Part shown: in pieces, positions 36,794 to 46,434 of the stretch | How the letters are laid out: the number at the start of each line of letters is the position of its first letter | Position numbering within the stretch: position 1 is the stretch's first letter | Source: an archaeon | GTDB taxonomy: Archaea; Aenigmatarchaeota; Aenigmatarchaeia; GW2011-AR5 | Assembly (NCBI GenBank): GCA_028279825.1 | Contig: JANQNA010000003.1 | Coordinates: forward strand, 114,266-178,265 | DNA length: 64,000 nucleotides | Direction: 5' to 3' | Notes under the pieces: generated by a model | What the model was told of the DNA's origin: nothing | The model's input: only the letters and a program-made list of their open reading frames with translations | The model's database searches: none | Position numbers and translations under genes: made by a program

Positions 36794-37840
36794 ATGTTAT
36801 GGGAAATTGTTATAGCGGTTGTGGCAATAATTGACATAGCATACGTAATCATGATTTTTTCCATAAACTCGAAACACAAAAACCCAGTTATAAAAAAACT
36901 GCCAAAAATATCCGTTATTATTGCGGCAAGGGACGAACCGCTTCTGGAGAGAACTCTGAAAAATCTGAAGAAAATAAAGCGTCCGAAACTGGAGATAATT
37001 GTCGTAGGCTCCAAAAAAGACGTGTCTGTAGCAAAGAAATACGCAAAGACAATCGTGGACAAGGGAATAGGAAAGGGACCCGCCCTTAATTCAGCCATTC
37101 GTAAAGCCACTTCAAGTATTGTGTATTTTCTGGATGCAGATTCGATGGTAGAGAAGGACACAATAGCCAAAGTATGTTCCGGTTTAGAGAACCATGATGC
37201 TGCAGTCGGTGTAAATATACCGGAAAACAATGAAAATATGACAACCAGGATAGCCCGGTTATATTTGACATTCCTGCCAAAAATACAGCTTGGCATGTAT
37301 AACATGGTTGGAACAACCATTGTGTCGGGAAGAAACTTTGCCGTAAAGAAAAGCACGCTGAAGAACATAAAATTCAGGAACAAACTGACAGAGGATCTGG
37401 ATATTTCTCTTAGCCTTTTCGTAAAACACAAAAAAGTCAATTTTGTGAACGCTATATCAAGGGAGCGGGTACCAAATAAGCTGGCTCATTACTTTAAACA
37501 GCAGCAAAGATGGAACAGGGGAGCAGGTAACGTGTTATTGGAATGGGACAAAAGAGTTCATCACCATGACATAATCATAATGGCCTTTCTCCTGATGATA
37601 GCATTCATGCCGGTACTTTCTCTATTCTCTATTCTGTTAACACTACTGACAGGCAGCTATATTTTCATGTCAGTTCTGCTTGTAGGATTCTTGTTGGCAG
37701 TCTCAGGTGCATCTATGCTGGACAGGGACGACCTTCATTATCTTCCCTTAACATTTTTGGCTTTCATTTTCATCCAGACGCTTACAATAATCTACTCAAT
37801 AAAAGGAACAAACGTATGGTACAGGACGCCAAAAAGTTAG
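36794..37840 (+). CDS. Processive-type GT2 glycosyltransferase
   Basis: GKGPALN, DAD, TED and QQQRW plus TM helices. Confidence 0.87.
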   Translation: MLWEIVIAVVAIIDIAYVIMIFSINSKHKNPVIKKLPKISVIIAARDEPLLERTLKNLKKIKRPKLEIIVVGSKKDVSVAKKYAKTIVDKGIGKGPALNSAIRKATSSIVYFLDADSMVEKDTIAKVCSGLENHDAAVGVNIPENNENMTTRIARLYLTFLPKIQLGMYNMVGTTIVSGRNFAVKKSTLKNIKFRNKLTEDLDISLSLFVKHKKVNFVNAISRERVPNKLAHYFKQQQRWNRGAGNVLLEWDKRVHHHDIIIMAFLLMIAFMPVLSLFSILLTLLTGSYIFMSVLLVGFLLAVSGASMLDRDDLHYLPLTFLAFIFIQTLTIIYSIKGTNVWYRTPKS

Positions 37841-37870
37841 GGTTATAAGCATTTTTGTCAACTTATACAC

Positions 37871-38305
37871 ATGGATCCTGAAGATAAGATACATTCTACG
37901 TTTGCAGCCGTGGCTACAAGCCTTGGCTACAGCGAGGTGCACGGACGCATAATTTCAGCACTTATGGTGGCTGATAAACCTTTGTCAATGGATGAGCTCA
38001 AGCAGAAAACGGGCTATTCACCGGCTTCTTTATCACTTTCCCTGGATCTTTTAGAGGTCATAGGCATAATCCGCAAAAGCAAGGGTAATGATCGCAAGCT
38101 TTACGCGCGGTTGGAAGGGGATCTTATAGAAGGATTGAGAGACGCAATGATGATCAAGATACAGAAAGAGATTAACTCAACACTATTAGAGCTGCAGGAA
38201 CTGAAGGGACCAAAAACAAAAAAGTCCGTTGCAATTGTTGAAAAAGAGGTCCACAGATTAAAAGAATATGTAAACCGGCTGTCAAAGGTTGACGTGCCAA
38301 AATAG
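37871..38305 (+). CDS. GbsR/MarR-family transcriptional regulator
   Basis: GRII..L....PLSMDEL...TGYS.ASLS..L. Confidence 0.85.
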   Translation: MDPEDKIHSTFAAVATSLGYSEVHGRIISALMVADKPLSMDELKQKTGYSPASLSLSLDLLEVIGIIRKSKGNDRKLYARLEGDLIEGLRDAMMIKIQKEINSTLLELQELKGPKTKKSVAIVEKEVHRLKEYVNRLSKVDVPK

Positions 38306-38348
38306 GTTTATATATTTTCTAGTAAATAGATGTTACAGGATATGAATT

Positions 38349-39356
38349 ATGGGAATACAACTCACCCAACTGGTTGAAGGTGACTTTGTAGATACACAAA
38401 GCCTCTTTGATCGTGTTGTGGCAATAGATGCCTTTAATTGGATATATCAATTCTTGAGCACGATCCGCCAGCCTGACGGAACGCCCCTCAAAGATTCGAA
38501 GGACCGGGTTACTTCTCACCTGTCTGGTCTATATTATAGGACAATCAAGTTAATCGAGGCAGGTATACGTCCTGTTTACGTCTTTGACGGCAAGCCTCCT
38601 GAATTCAAGCAGGTAATCGCGCAGAGAAGAGACGTAAGAGCTGAAGCCCTTCGTGAGTGGCAAAAAGCCCTGGAAGAAAAAGATTACGTTGCTGCAAGCA
38701 AGTTTGCTAAACGTTCAACACAAATAACCCAGGATCATATTGAATCCAGCAAAACACTTCTCGAGACTATGGGTGTACCGTTTATCCAGGCCCCTTCCGA
38801 AGGTGAAGCCATGTGTGCAACTCTTGTGCAGAATAAAGACGCATACTGCGCAGCTTCGCAGGATTATGATACACTTTTGTTCGGGGCAACAAGACTAATA
38901 AGAAATCTGTCAATTTCTGGAAAAAAGAAACGCGGTTCTGACTATATCTATGTGAACCCGGAGATGCTGGTATTGGAAAATCTAACGGAGAAATTAGGGA
39001 TAAACCGCGACCAACTGATATTGGTAGGCATGTTAATTGGTACAGACTTCAATCCGGGCGGTATTCCCGGTTACGGGCCAAAAAAAGCGCTGGATCTGGT
39101 AAAAGAAAAGAAAACCATGTCCAGGGTATTGGAAGGCCTTCCATGGGAGTTTTCTGTCAGTCCGGAACAGATTTTTGAATTCTTCAAGAATCCGCCAACC
39201 GTTGATTACGACATAAAATTCGACGAGCCGGATGAAGACAAGGTAAAAGCATTCATGTGCGATGAACATGATTTCTCAGAAGAGCGCATAGGTAATGCAC
39301 TAAAGAGAATAAAAGAAAAAAGTAATCAGAAGTCACTCAGTCGCTGGGCCAAATAG
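38349..39356 (+). CDS. fen: Flap endonuclease 1
   Basis: DAFNWIYQFL, VFDG, APSEGEA, SQDYD, GTDFN; PIP box QKSLSRW. Confidence 0.97.
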   Translation: MGIQLTQLVEGDFVDTQSLFDRVVAIDAFNWIYQFLSTIRQPDGTPLKDSKDRVTSHLSGLYYRTIKLIEAGIRPVYVFDGKPPEFKQVIAQRRDVRAEALREWQKALEEKDYVAASKFAKRSTQITQDHIESSKTLLETMGVPFIQAPSEGEAMCATLVQNKDAYCAASQDYDTLLFGATRLIRNLSISGKKKRGSDYIYVNPEMLVLENLTEKLGINRDQLILVGMLIGTDFNPGGIPGYGPKKALDLVKEKKTMSRVLEGLPWEFSVSPEQIFEFFKNPPTVDYDIKFDEPDEDKVKAFMCDEHDFSEERIGNALKRIKEKSNQKSLSRWAK

Positions 39357-39357
39357 G

Positions 39358-39663
39358 CTATACTTGACAGCCACACGCTCTCTTACATTGTTCGGTGTCA
39401 TAACCCTTTGCACGGCAAAGCTGGTCAAAGGTTGCGTCTACTGACTCACCAGGCAGCTTGAAGCCGATAACGGTGAAGCCTGTGCTGGCACAGTTCTCTA
39501 TTGTCCTTAATGTATTACAACCCTGGCTAAAAGCACCTTCAAGTTCTATACTTGCGGTCCCGGATCCAAGTCTTCCAGCAAAAAATGCTGCGACAACAAC
39601 GAGAACAAGTACAGCGATAGCGATAACGACTATCATGTTTATGGGCATTTCCATTCCTTTCAT
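39358..39663 (-). CDS. Archaeal type IV pilin-like protein
   Basis: Class III signal MKG|MEMPIN followed by a hydrophobic helix; Cys-rich head. Confidence 0.8.
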   Translation of the reverse strand: MKGMEMPINMIVVIAIAVLVLVVVAAFFAGRLGSGTASIELEGAFSQGCNTLRTIENCASTGFTVIGFKLPGESVDATFDQLCRAKGYDTEQCKRACGCQV

Positions 39664-39820
39664 AAAACCTACTATGGGTTATGAGATATAAATACTTTTT
39701 TGGACTTTTATTAGTATGTCAATATTTCCAAGCCTGCTGGTGATTCTGTTTATTATTATACCGGTTATTATCCTGCTTTATTTTCTGGCTGAGAACAATA
39801 CGGAAGAAACAGCAAGGTAG

Positions 39821-40093
39821 CTATTTTTTCAGTTGTATGTGAATTTTTGACACGTTAATATCCTTGTTATCCAGTTTTATCGAATCAGTCCCTATGTTTA
39901 TCTGTTCTACTTTAACATCCTGTACAAACCTGTTTCTCACGATTTCAACAACGTCAACAGCCTTAGAAATTGACTGGCCTCTGGCCTTAACTATGACGTT
40001 TGTTTGTCCGCTGCCCAGCTGGGTCACAACAGCCAGTACATAAGACATCGAAGGCTTTTTCCCCACAAAAACCACATTATCGGCAGGTTTCAT
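39821..40093 (-). CDS. albA: DNA/RNA-binding protein Alba
   Basis: VFVGKKP.MSYVLAV and KARGQSISKAVDV. Confidence 0.95.
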   Translation of the reverse strand: MKPADNVVFVGKKPSMSYVLAVVTQLGSGQTNVIVKARGQSISKAVDVVEIVRNRFVQDVKVEQINIGTDSIKLDNKDINVSKIHIQLKK

Positions 40094-40124
40094 AAGAATA
40101 ACTGTCGGAAAACTTTAAGTTTTG

Positions 40125-40469
40125 TTATGGACAGGTCATGCAGCACTCTTTTATACATTCAAGACTTGCAGACCCTGAACATGAAGGATAATGCCCGAAT
40201 GACCTTCTGTGAAGCTCACCGCATGCAGATCCTATACCTTCCAGCACATCGTTATCCTTGCCTACCGGCAAAGGATTAACTCCGTCGCCCTTGCATTGAA
40301 AATCATTAGTTGTATAGATACCGCAGAACCTGTTGCGGTTGGCCTCCAGGGTAAACTGATCCTGCGCGGGATTTGCCTGCGACATGAAAAAGAACAATGC
40401 AACCGAAAGCACGGTCACTGCAAGTATCAGGTAAACAATTGTTTCCATCGCTATGGATATTCCCTTCAT
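40125..40469 (-). CDS. Archaeal type IV pilin-like protein
   Basis: MKG|ISIAMET followed by a hydrophobic helix; Cys-rich head. Confidence 0.8.
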   Translation of the reverse strand: MKGISIAMETIVYLILAVTVLSVALFFFMSQANPAQDQFTLEANRNRFCGIYTTNDFQCKGDGVNPLPVGKDNDVLEGIGSACGELHRRSFGHYPSCSGSASLECIKECCMTCP

Positions 40470-40500
40470 AACAATACCTTTACCTTTATCTAATTAAAAG

Positions 40501-42357
40501 TTACGTAAACCCGATACTAAAGCCGCTGTTCGTACATCTCAGATCCTGGCCGTACAGTGTATTCAGGCATGCCTGCAGCCTGTTGTTCGGCTGGCCGTAG
40601 CCTCCGGTAGTAAGCTGTTGGCCAGGGTTTAGACCGTCTATGTTTACGTTACAGCTGAACAGATAACCTCCGCAACACAGTACGTCGTTGGTTCCTTCCC
40701 AGTTAAAGAATACCGGCAGTATCGGAAGACTCGCATTCGCGAATTCATTCACCCATAATGTACAGTCTAAAGCCGGCATATAATCCTGCACGTTGAATTC
40801 AAGGTTCATCGGCCTTTTCTTAAACTCAAGATCCACCTCATCGTGATAATAATAAATTCCGCTTGCCCCGCTTGATTTACATTTTTTTAGTTTCGACTCA
40901 CTACAGTCAATAAAGTTACATGGGTCAACACGCGTTGTTTCATCAGTCCTTATTTCAAAATGAAGGTGTGTGCCTGTGGACGCACCGGTGCTTCCCATTA
41001 TTCCTATTGACTGCCCCTCTGAAACCCTTTCACCTTTTTTCACGCTGACAGGACCCATATGAGCGTAAAAAGAATAAAAGCCCTCGTGCTCTATAAGAAC
41101 ATAATTGCCGTATCCTGTATAACACGGTTCAAACGTGCATATATTTCGTGCATCTACAACAGTACCGTCTGCCACAGCATTTATATGATTTTCCCCGCTG
41201 CCCAGCTGACCTATATCTATTCCCTGATGGAATCTACCATCCCCGTGTATAGGATGCAATCTCCAGCCATAACAGCTTGTCATGAGCCTGCTTTCCACAG
41301 GCCATGGCAACACTCCTTCTATTCCAAGTTCAAAAGGCTCAAAATACTTGACTTTTGCATCATACATCACTACTAAACCAGATCCTTCCGGCACCAGGGT
41401 GGCTGTCGAATAGTTCGAGCCAAAAACGTGAACTTCTTCAACAATGACCGTTAGGTTTATGTCATCGTACGGTTTGGTTATTGTAATGAAGTTGGTCACG
41501 AATGCCCTTATCTGAGCCTTGTAATTCAAAACGCTTTGGGTGGGCAATGTTGAAAAATAATTTGGTTGATAGTGGACGCCCCAGTTAAACGTCTCGGATC
41601 TTTTGAAAAATGAATCACCAAGAATAAGCAGTGATTCCACGGCTACCCTCCCGGACTCAACCATTCTTTTCAGCGAAGTAACTATAAGACTTGTGCTTGC
41701 AGTTTCTGTTTTTATATCACCTCTTCCGTATTCCGCCTCGATTTTTTGTGAAAAGTTAGACGTTATGTTCCTTTCTCTTAGCTGGAATTCTTTGAGCATT
41801 TTATTCAGGTCAACGGTTATCTGGACACCGTCTGCGTCAATATCAGTAGGTATATCCGTATACTTTCCAATCTCAAACTTGTCTCTCAGGTATTGCACTA
41901 CATGCTCGTCTCTCGGGTAACAGATCCTGGGACTTATTCCCGGACTGTTATGTTTGTTTGCAGAAGGTATCCTTTCGTATTCTTCACCATCATGATTGAC
42001 ATCACCGGGTAGAACCCTTGCTCTGTCCATTTTACCTTGGTACCAGTAACGTTCATCCATTTCCGACTGGAAATAGCCGCATCCTATGCTTTCATCAATG
42101 GTTGCAAAAATAGTTTGCACCGTCGATATAAACCAGGTTACACCCAGGGACGAATTAAACGTGTAGAAAGTTGATTTGAGTTTCAGGATTTCTAAAGAAT
42201 CTAAATTAAGCTGTATGTTGCTTTGCAGCTGGTTCTCAGCCATGTACATATAGATTCCAAAAAATGTCAGAAGTATAACCATGACAATTAGTGTCTGTGC
42301 TGTTGTTGCCACGCCCTTAGATGTATGAGAACTTTTGTTATCTTTTGGGTTATTCAT
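40501..42357 (-). CDS. Pilin-like protein with M23 metallopeptidase domain
   Basis: SKG|VATT followed by a TM helix; M23 domain at ~40910..41310: WPV, YGWRLHP, HQGID, GYGNYV, YAH, STGTHLHFEIR, VDP. Confidence 0.88.
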   Translation of the reverse strand: MNNPKDNKSSHTSKGVATTAQTLIVMVILLTFFGIYMYMAENQLQSNIQLNLDSLEILKLKSTFYTFNSSLGVTWFISTVQTIFATIDESIGCGYFQSEMDERYWYQGKMDRARVLPGDVNHDGEEYERIPSANKHNSPGISPRICYPRDEHVVQYLRDKFEIGKYTDIPTDIDADGVQITVDLNKMLKEFQLRERNITSNFSQKIEAEYGRGDIKTETASTSLIVTSLKRMVESGRVAVESLLILGDSFFKRSETFNWGVHYQPNYFSTLPTQSVLNYKAQIRAFVTNFITITKPYDDINLTVIVEEVHVFGSNYSTATLVPEGSGLVVMYDAKVKYFEPFELGIEGVLPWPVESRLMTSCYGWRLHPIHGDGRFHQGIDIGQLGSGENHINAVADGTVVDARNICTFEPCYTGYGNYVLIEHEGFYSFYAHMGPVSVKKGERVSEGQSIGIMGSTGASTGTHLHFEIRTDETTRVDPCNFIDCSESKLKKCKSSGASGIYYYHDEVDLEFKKRPMNLEFNVQDYMPALDCTLWVNEFANASLPILPVFFNWEGTNDVLCCGGYLFSCNVNIDGLNPGQQLTTGGYGQPNNRLQACLNTLYGQDLRCTNSGFSIGFT

Positions 42358-43184
42358 TTAGCAGTCACCTCAAAATATCCAAGAATTTTCTGCTTGTACA
42401 ATAGTGGCACGGTTGCCTTTGTAGCAATACCCGAAGTTACTTCAAGATCGCCTGTTCTCTCACCACAGCAGACTATTGTTTTTCCCTCGTTTATGTCCTT
42501 GCATTCAGGTTTGTAACCCAGACCTATCTGGCCTTCCGAACAGAACGGCCCTAGCCGCCATGGAATTGAAACGGGCGGCACACCAATGTAAATGGTTTCT
42601 TTTTCACCTTCCGAACAATATCCTTTCTCTTCGTCACAACTTTGCATATCATAGCCGGTATATTCTGAAGGCGAAGCTTTGCAGCATATTTCATTAAAAC
42701 TGCATTCCTCCTCAATATCATCCGTTTTTACTCTTCCCACATCACATCCGGTAAACTGGTTTACACACCAGCCTTTACTGTCCAGTCCGCATGTCTGCTC
42801 CCCTGTTTGTATATGCAGAAGTTCTTCTTCACCCTTTTTTACTTTAACCCGGTAAAATTTCATGTCGTACGCTTTCATGAACGATTCTATCTTGGGTGCC
42901 AGTGAATCCGCATTCGCTCTTTCGGGCGAAGTAACAATCATCTGTATGGCCTGTTCCAGTACAGGTCTGTCATCAAGTTTTGTGTGCGCAAGCACCTGTG
43001 AAATCAGGAAAGGTTTGTTGGCTATCTCGACGAATTCTATCGAATATATTTCAACAGGTCCCGTGGAGCTTAAGCTAAACATTAGCCTCGCGTAAAACAT
43101 GAATGCAATCACAAGAAGAGCTACAACTATTACAGCCAGTATAGGCGTCCATACCGCACTTTCCGGGAATTCCATTCCTTTCAT
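42354..43184 (-). CDS. Pilin-like protein with Cys-rich domain
   Basis: MKG|MEFPE followed by a TM helix. Confidence 0.72.
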   Translation of the reverse strand: MKGMEFPESAVWTPILAVIVVALLVIAFMFYARLMFSLSSTGPVEIYSIEFVEIANKPFLISQVLAHTKLDDRPVLEQAIQMIVTSPERANADSLAPKIESFMKAYDMKFYRVKVKKGEEELLHIQTGEQTCGLDSKGWCVNQFTGCDVGRVKTDDIEEECSFNEICCKASPSEYTGYDMQSCDEEKGYCSEGEKETIYIGVPPVSIPWRLGPFCSEGQIGLGYKPECKDINEGKTIVCCGERTGDLEVTSGIATKATVPLLYKQKILGYFEVTAK

Positions 43185-43186
43185 GA

Positions 43187-44203
43187 TTACTCAACACACA
43201 ATACAACATTTGATACGGTGGTATCAAATTCCAGCGGCTCATAATTTTCTTTCAGCTGATCACACTCAGCGTATGATGTAACAGGATAGGCTGTTATGAA
43301 TTCATTTTCACCCAGCGAGCCGTCAAAGTATAATTCGAGGGGTTCAAATTGCAGATCAGGCATGTATCTGCAGTCATGGGGAAGATATCCCAGGGAAGGG
43401 CCATCCCTGTAGTAAATGCATACATGAGTTCCGTCCGTGTCTGTACGTTTGAAAATAATAGAAGGGCTTACACCGACGTAGCCGCTGTATAGCCTGCCCA
43501 TTTGCGTTGAAAATTTGGTTTTTGTTTCATAAGCTTTCTGTGTTATACAAGCCAGTCTTGTAAGCATTGAATCATGGGATGTTAATGTAAGTTTGGCAGG
43601 TAACGTTGTTTCGTGAACACCCGAGGTAGATGATATGCCTACAGGAAAAGAAGCCTTGACGCTCGATACAGAAACACTCCTGTCGGCAGGAGTATAACCG
43701 TACTTCCAGTGATAACCGCTTTGCCATTCATCATCCTTCTTGCATTCACAGAAATTACCGCCAAATACTTCTATGTTACATCCGCAGTTACCCGTTAATG
43801 TGCCTGCGGCAGACATTTGTATCTCGCTGTCATCAAGTCCGCAAACGGTCTTGCAGAACTCTCTGCATTTGCCGCTGTCCTCTTCACAAATAGTCTTTCC
43901 TCCTATAGCCTCAAGTTCCAGGGTATAACCAAAATCACAGCTTCTTGCATACAGTTCTATGTTCCTGTTTGGATCCTTTTTTTCAGCTTCAAAAAGCTGT
44001 ACAGGGTCGAAAACCGCTTTATGCATTGCCAGCGGCGAAGCCGCAAGCGCATCTGACAGCTCTAGATTAAACCGCTCCATTTCCTCACCAATGACAGCAA
44101 CCCTGAATGAGAAAAACATCAGGAGTATAAACAGTATGAAAAGTATCGGGGGAAATATACGAAGTATAAACATGATGATAGCCATTGGATCCATTTTTGC
44201 CAT
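43187..44203 (-). CDS. Membrane-anchored Cys-rich protein of the pilus locus
   Basis: N-terminal TM; operon packing. Confidence 0.7.
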   Translation of the reverse strand: MAKMDPMAIIMFILRIFPPILFILFILLMFFSFRVAVIGEEMERFNLELSDALAASPLAMHKAVFDPVQLFEAEKKDPNRNIELYARSCDFGYTLELEAIGGKTICEEDSGKCREFCKTVCGLDDSEIQMSAAGTLTGNCGCNIEVFGGNFCECKKDDEWQSGYHWKYGYTPADRSVSVSSVKASFPVGISSTSGVHETTLPAKLTLTSHDSMLTRLACITQKAYETKTKFSTQMGRLYSGYVGVSPSIIFKRTDTDGTHVCIYYRDGPSLGYLPHDCRYMPDLQFEPLELYFDGSLGENEFITAYPVTSYAECDQLKENYEPLEFDTTVSNVVLCVE

Positions 44204-44596
44204 TTACACACCTTCTATTCTCAGGGTACCCTTGTCCTTTGTTAATCTCAATGAAGGGGTCTGTCTGCATTGAAATTCTTTTTCCTCAAAATCCAGACCT
44301 GTCTCTATAATACTCACAGCTTCCGAAAGTGTCTTTCCGTCCAGTGACCTTATCTCCAGATAAACAACACCTTTTGATATCCTGATCGTGCATCTTGAGT
44401 CAGGTGTGTCTATAATGTATGTGGTTTTATCAGGAGCAGTGGACATGAGATTTATAGAGCTCGCTACCTGCATCGCCTGCAGCCGTGCATTATTCTCGAC
44501 AGCTTCTTCTGTTGCAGCCTGCAGAGGATTAACAGCACCGACAACAAATATGAGTGTCAAGGCCGTGAGAATAAATGTCCAGTGAAGTGAATCCAT
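44204..44596 (-). CDS. Membrane-anchored (minor pilin-like) protein
   Basis: Start reassigned to MDSLHW after GGGGTGA; N-terminal TM. Confidence 0.65.
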   Translation of the reverse strand: MDSLHWTFILTALTLIFVVGAVNPLQAATEEAVENNARLQAMQVASSINLMSTAPDKTTYIIDTPDSRCTIRISKGVVYLEIRSLDGKTLSEAVSIIETGLDFEEKEFQCRQTPSLRLTKDKGTLRIEGV

Positions 44597-44600
44597 TATA

Positions 44601-46172
44601 TCACCCCGGCCATCCCCACCACCACTTGCGGTCAAAAGCGTCCAGAAGACCCTTGCCTTTTTCCAGTGCAACATCCGTCGGTCCTAGGACAACCGTTTGT
44701 GTGTCAGCAATGTAGCCTGAGTTTAACGGCACAGGTGATTCAAAGAAAATTCCGAATGCACCTCTTATCGCATCGGTTGTTGTTACCCATTCCCAGAATC
44801 CTCCGGCATTCTTGTAAGGATTAGGCGTCCAGCAGTAGTCATCCTTTAATTCAGTTATGGATACCTGCAGGCACACATCCTGTGAAGAAAATTTGTCGGC
44901 AGCACTGCCTGGAATATCATCAATCTCGTTGCCAACGGATTCAACACAGACATAATGCTCAACTTCTTTACCTTTTGAATCTCTTACAGCAATCAGTTTC
45001 TCACTCTTTGTATCATACTCGTACAAAGGATATTTTACCACGTTAGTACACGGTGTATAAGAAGCGTCAATGTAACCGTCTATACTTTGCTGCGCCTGCG
45101 TACAGGAGGCCTTTGTTATTTTCATTTCATTTATCGAGCAAGGGCTAACAACATCAAAGTTGGAGACTTTGAAAGATATGTGTCTTTCAAGAACGTTTGC
45201 AATAAGATCGTAAAGCAGAACAGTAGCACCGATATATGGAACCCTCTTGAACCATCCTTTTATACCAAGGCCGGAAAGAAACTTGCCTACAGTTACACCA
45301 CCGCCAATACCCAGTGATTCAGCAACTTGTGTCTGGTAATTAACATCACCAACTCCGTTGTAGACAAGCTGCACTGCCTTTATATCATCACAGTTGCGTA
45401 AAGGAAATCTGTGAACACCGTCCCTTGTTTTTAAACAAAGAGATTGCGCGCCGCACGGGATATACTTTATTGCAGACTTCTCAAAAGTATTGAGGCTCAT
45501 ATAATTTGTGAATGAAAATACGTTGTCGCCCTGTGAAGGCGTTTCATCATGGTCTTTTTTCTCCCAGTCCCCGTATTCACCGACGTCTTTCAGAATATCC
45601 TGCCCTATGTCAGCCGTTGTTCCCAGTGATGTCCTTTCGTCTTCCTGGTCCAGATATATTTTATTGCTTAGTATTATGTTGTTTATTACAACACCTGTTA
45701 TAGGATCAATACCTTTTCCCTCGGCCGTATCTCTTACTTCTTTTATGAAGTCTTTCACATCCTGGTAGTTGTCTCCCTCGCGGCCGGCGGGATACGGCAC
45801 AATCAGCCTGTTATGCATGTTCTGGTATACTTCCCATCCCACGGCGTCACTCTGTGGAAAAGCTTCATAGTAAACCACGTAGTTGGGATCGCCGTTTGTG
45901 TTTATCAGCCATATAGGCATTACCGTGAATATAGCTGTTAATGACGGCTTGTTCTGCGGCAGCGAAAAAGATATAGTGACAGGGTTCAAGGGATCGTTGT
46001 TAAGGCATGCATGATTCATGCTTGAACGCAGCTTTTCTACATTTGCAAATGCAATCTGGTTGTAAGGATTTGCCACAGCCATTACTATGGAAATCAGAAG
46101 TACTATACCGATCAGCAGAAAAACTAGACTGGTTGTAGTAAAGATTACTTCTGGTGTAGTCACTTCTGCCAT
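44601..46172 (-). CDS. Large membrane-anchored protein of the pilus locus
   Basis: MAEVTTPE followed by a TM helix; internal Gly-rich amphipathic segment. Confidence 0.72.
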   Translation of the reverse strand: MAEVTTPEVIFTTTSLVFLLIGIVLLISIVMAVANPYNQIAFANVEKLRSSMNHACLNNDPLNPVTISFSLPQNKPSLTAIFTVMPIWLINTNGDPNYVVYYEAFPQSDAVGWEVYQNMHNRLIVPYPAGREGDNYQDVKDFIKEVRDTAEGKGIDPITGVVINNIILSNKIYLDQEDERTSLGTTADIGQDILKDVGEYGDWEKKDHDETPSQGDNVFSFTNYMSLNTFEKSAIKYIPCGAQSLCLKTRDGVHRFPLRNCDDIKAVQLVYNGVGDVNYQTQVAESLGIGGGVTVGKFLSGLGIKGWFKRVPYIGATVLLYDLIANVLERHISFKVSNFDVVSPCSINEMKITKASCTQAQQSIDGYIDASYTPCTNVVKYPLYEYDTKSEKLIAVRDSKGKEVEHYVCVESVGNEIDDIPGSAADKFSSQDVCLQVSITELKDDYCWTPNPYKNAGGFWEWVTTTDAIRGAFGIFFESPVPLNSGYIADTQTVVLGPTDVALEKGKGLLDAFDRKWWWGWPG

Positions 46173-46177
46173 TGTAA

Positions 46178-46303
46178 TCACTCAAACCCAAACAGTTCAA
46201 ATACAGAATGTATGCCCGGCAATCCCCCTGAAAGCAGTGACAGCACAACTGCAAACGCTATCAGGAGAAGCACTATGCTAACAACAACATATTCTATTCT
46301 CAT
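46178..46303 (-). CDS. Mini pilin-like peptide (41 aa)
   Basis: Hand-translated MRIEYVVVSIVLLLIAFAVVLSLLSGGLPGIHSVFELFGFE; ATGA overlap with the upstream ORF. Confidence 0.65.
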   Translation of the reverse strand: MRIEYVVVSIVLLLIAFAVVLSLLSGGLPGIHSVFELFGFE

Positions 46304-46434
46304 CTAATAACACCTAACAACATCTCAATATTATTTTCTATTCCGCCGTTAAAATAAACGTAAATAATAAGTGCTATACCCAGGGCTATTACTCCGCCGA
46401 TGATATACAATGCATTTGATACTGTCAGTTCCAT
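46300..46434 (-). CDS. Mini pilin-like peptide (44 aa)
   Basis: Hand-translated MELTVSNALYIIGGVIALGIALIIYVYFNGGIENNIEMLLGVIR; abuts the upstream stop. Confidence 0.65.
   Translation of the reverse strand: MELTVSNALYIIGGVIALGIALIIYVYFNGGIENNIEMLLGVIR

Noticed and set aside
36757-37440. 227-aa minus-strand ORF and many similar antisense ORFs (e.g. 11678..12187, 26259..26786, 51448..51966, 32865..33488 in an alternative frame)
   Set aside because: They overlap well-supported genes and have no motifs of their own.
39716-39820. 34-aa hydrophobic plus-strand ORF between a pilin and alba
   Set aside because: Too short and unsupported to call; possible but unverifiable here.
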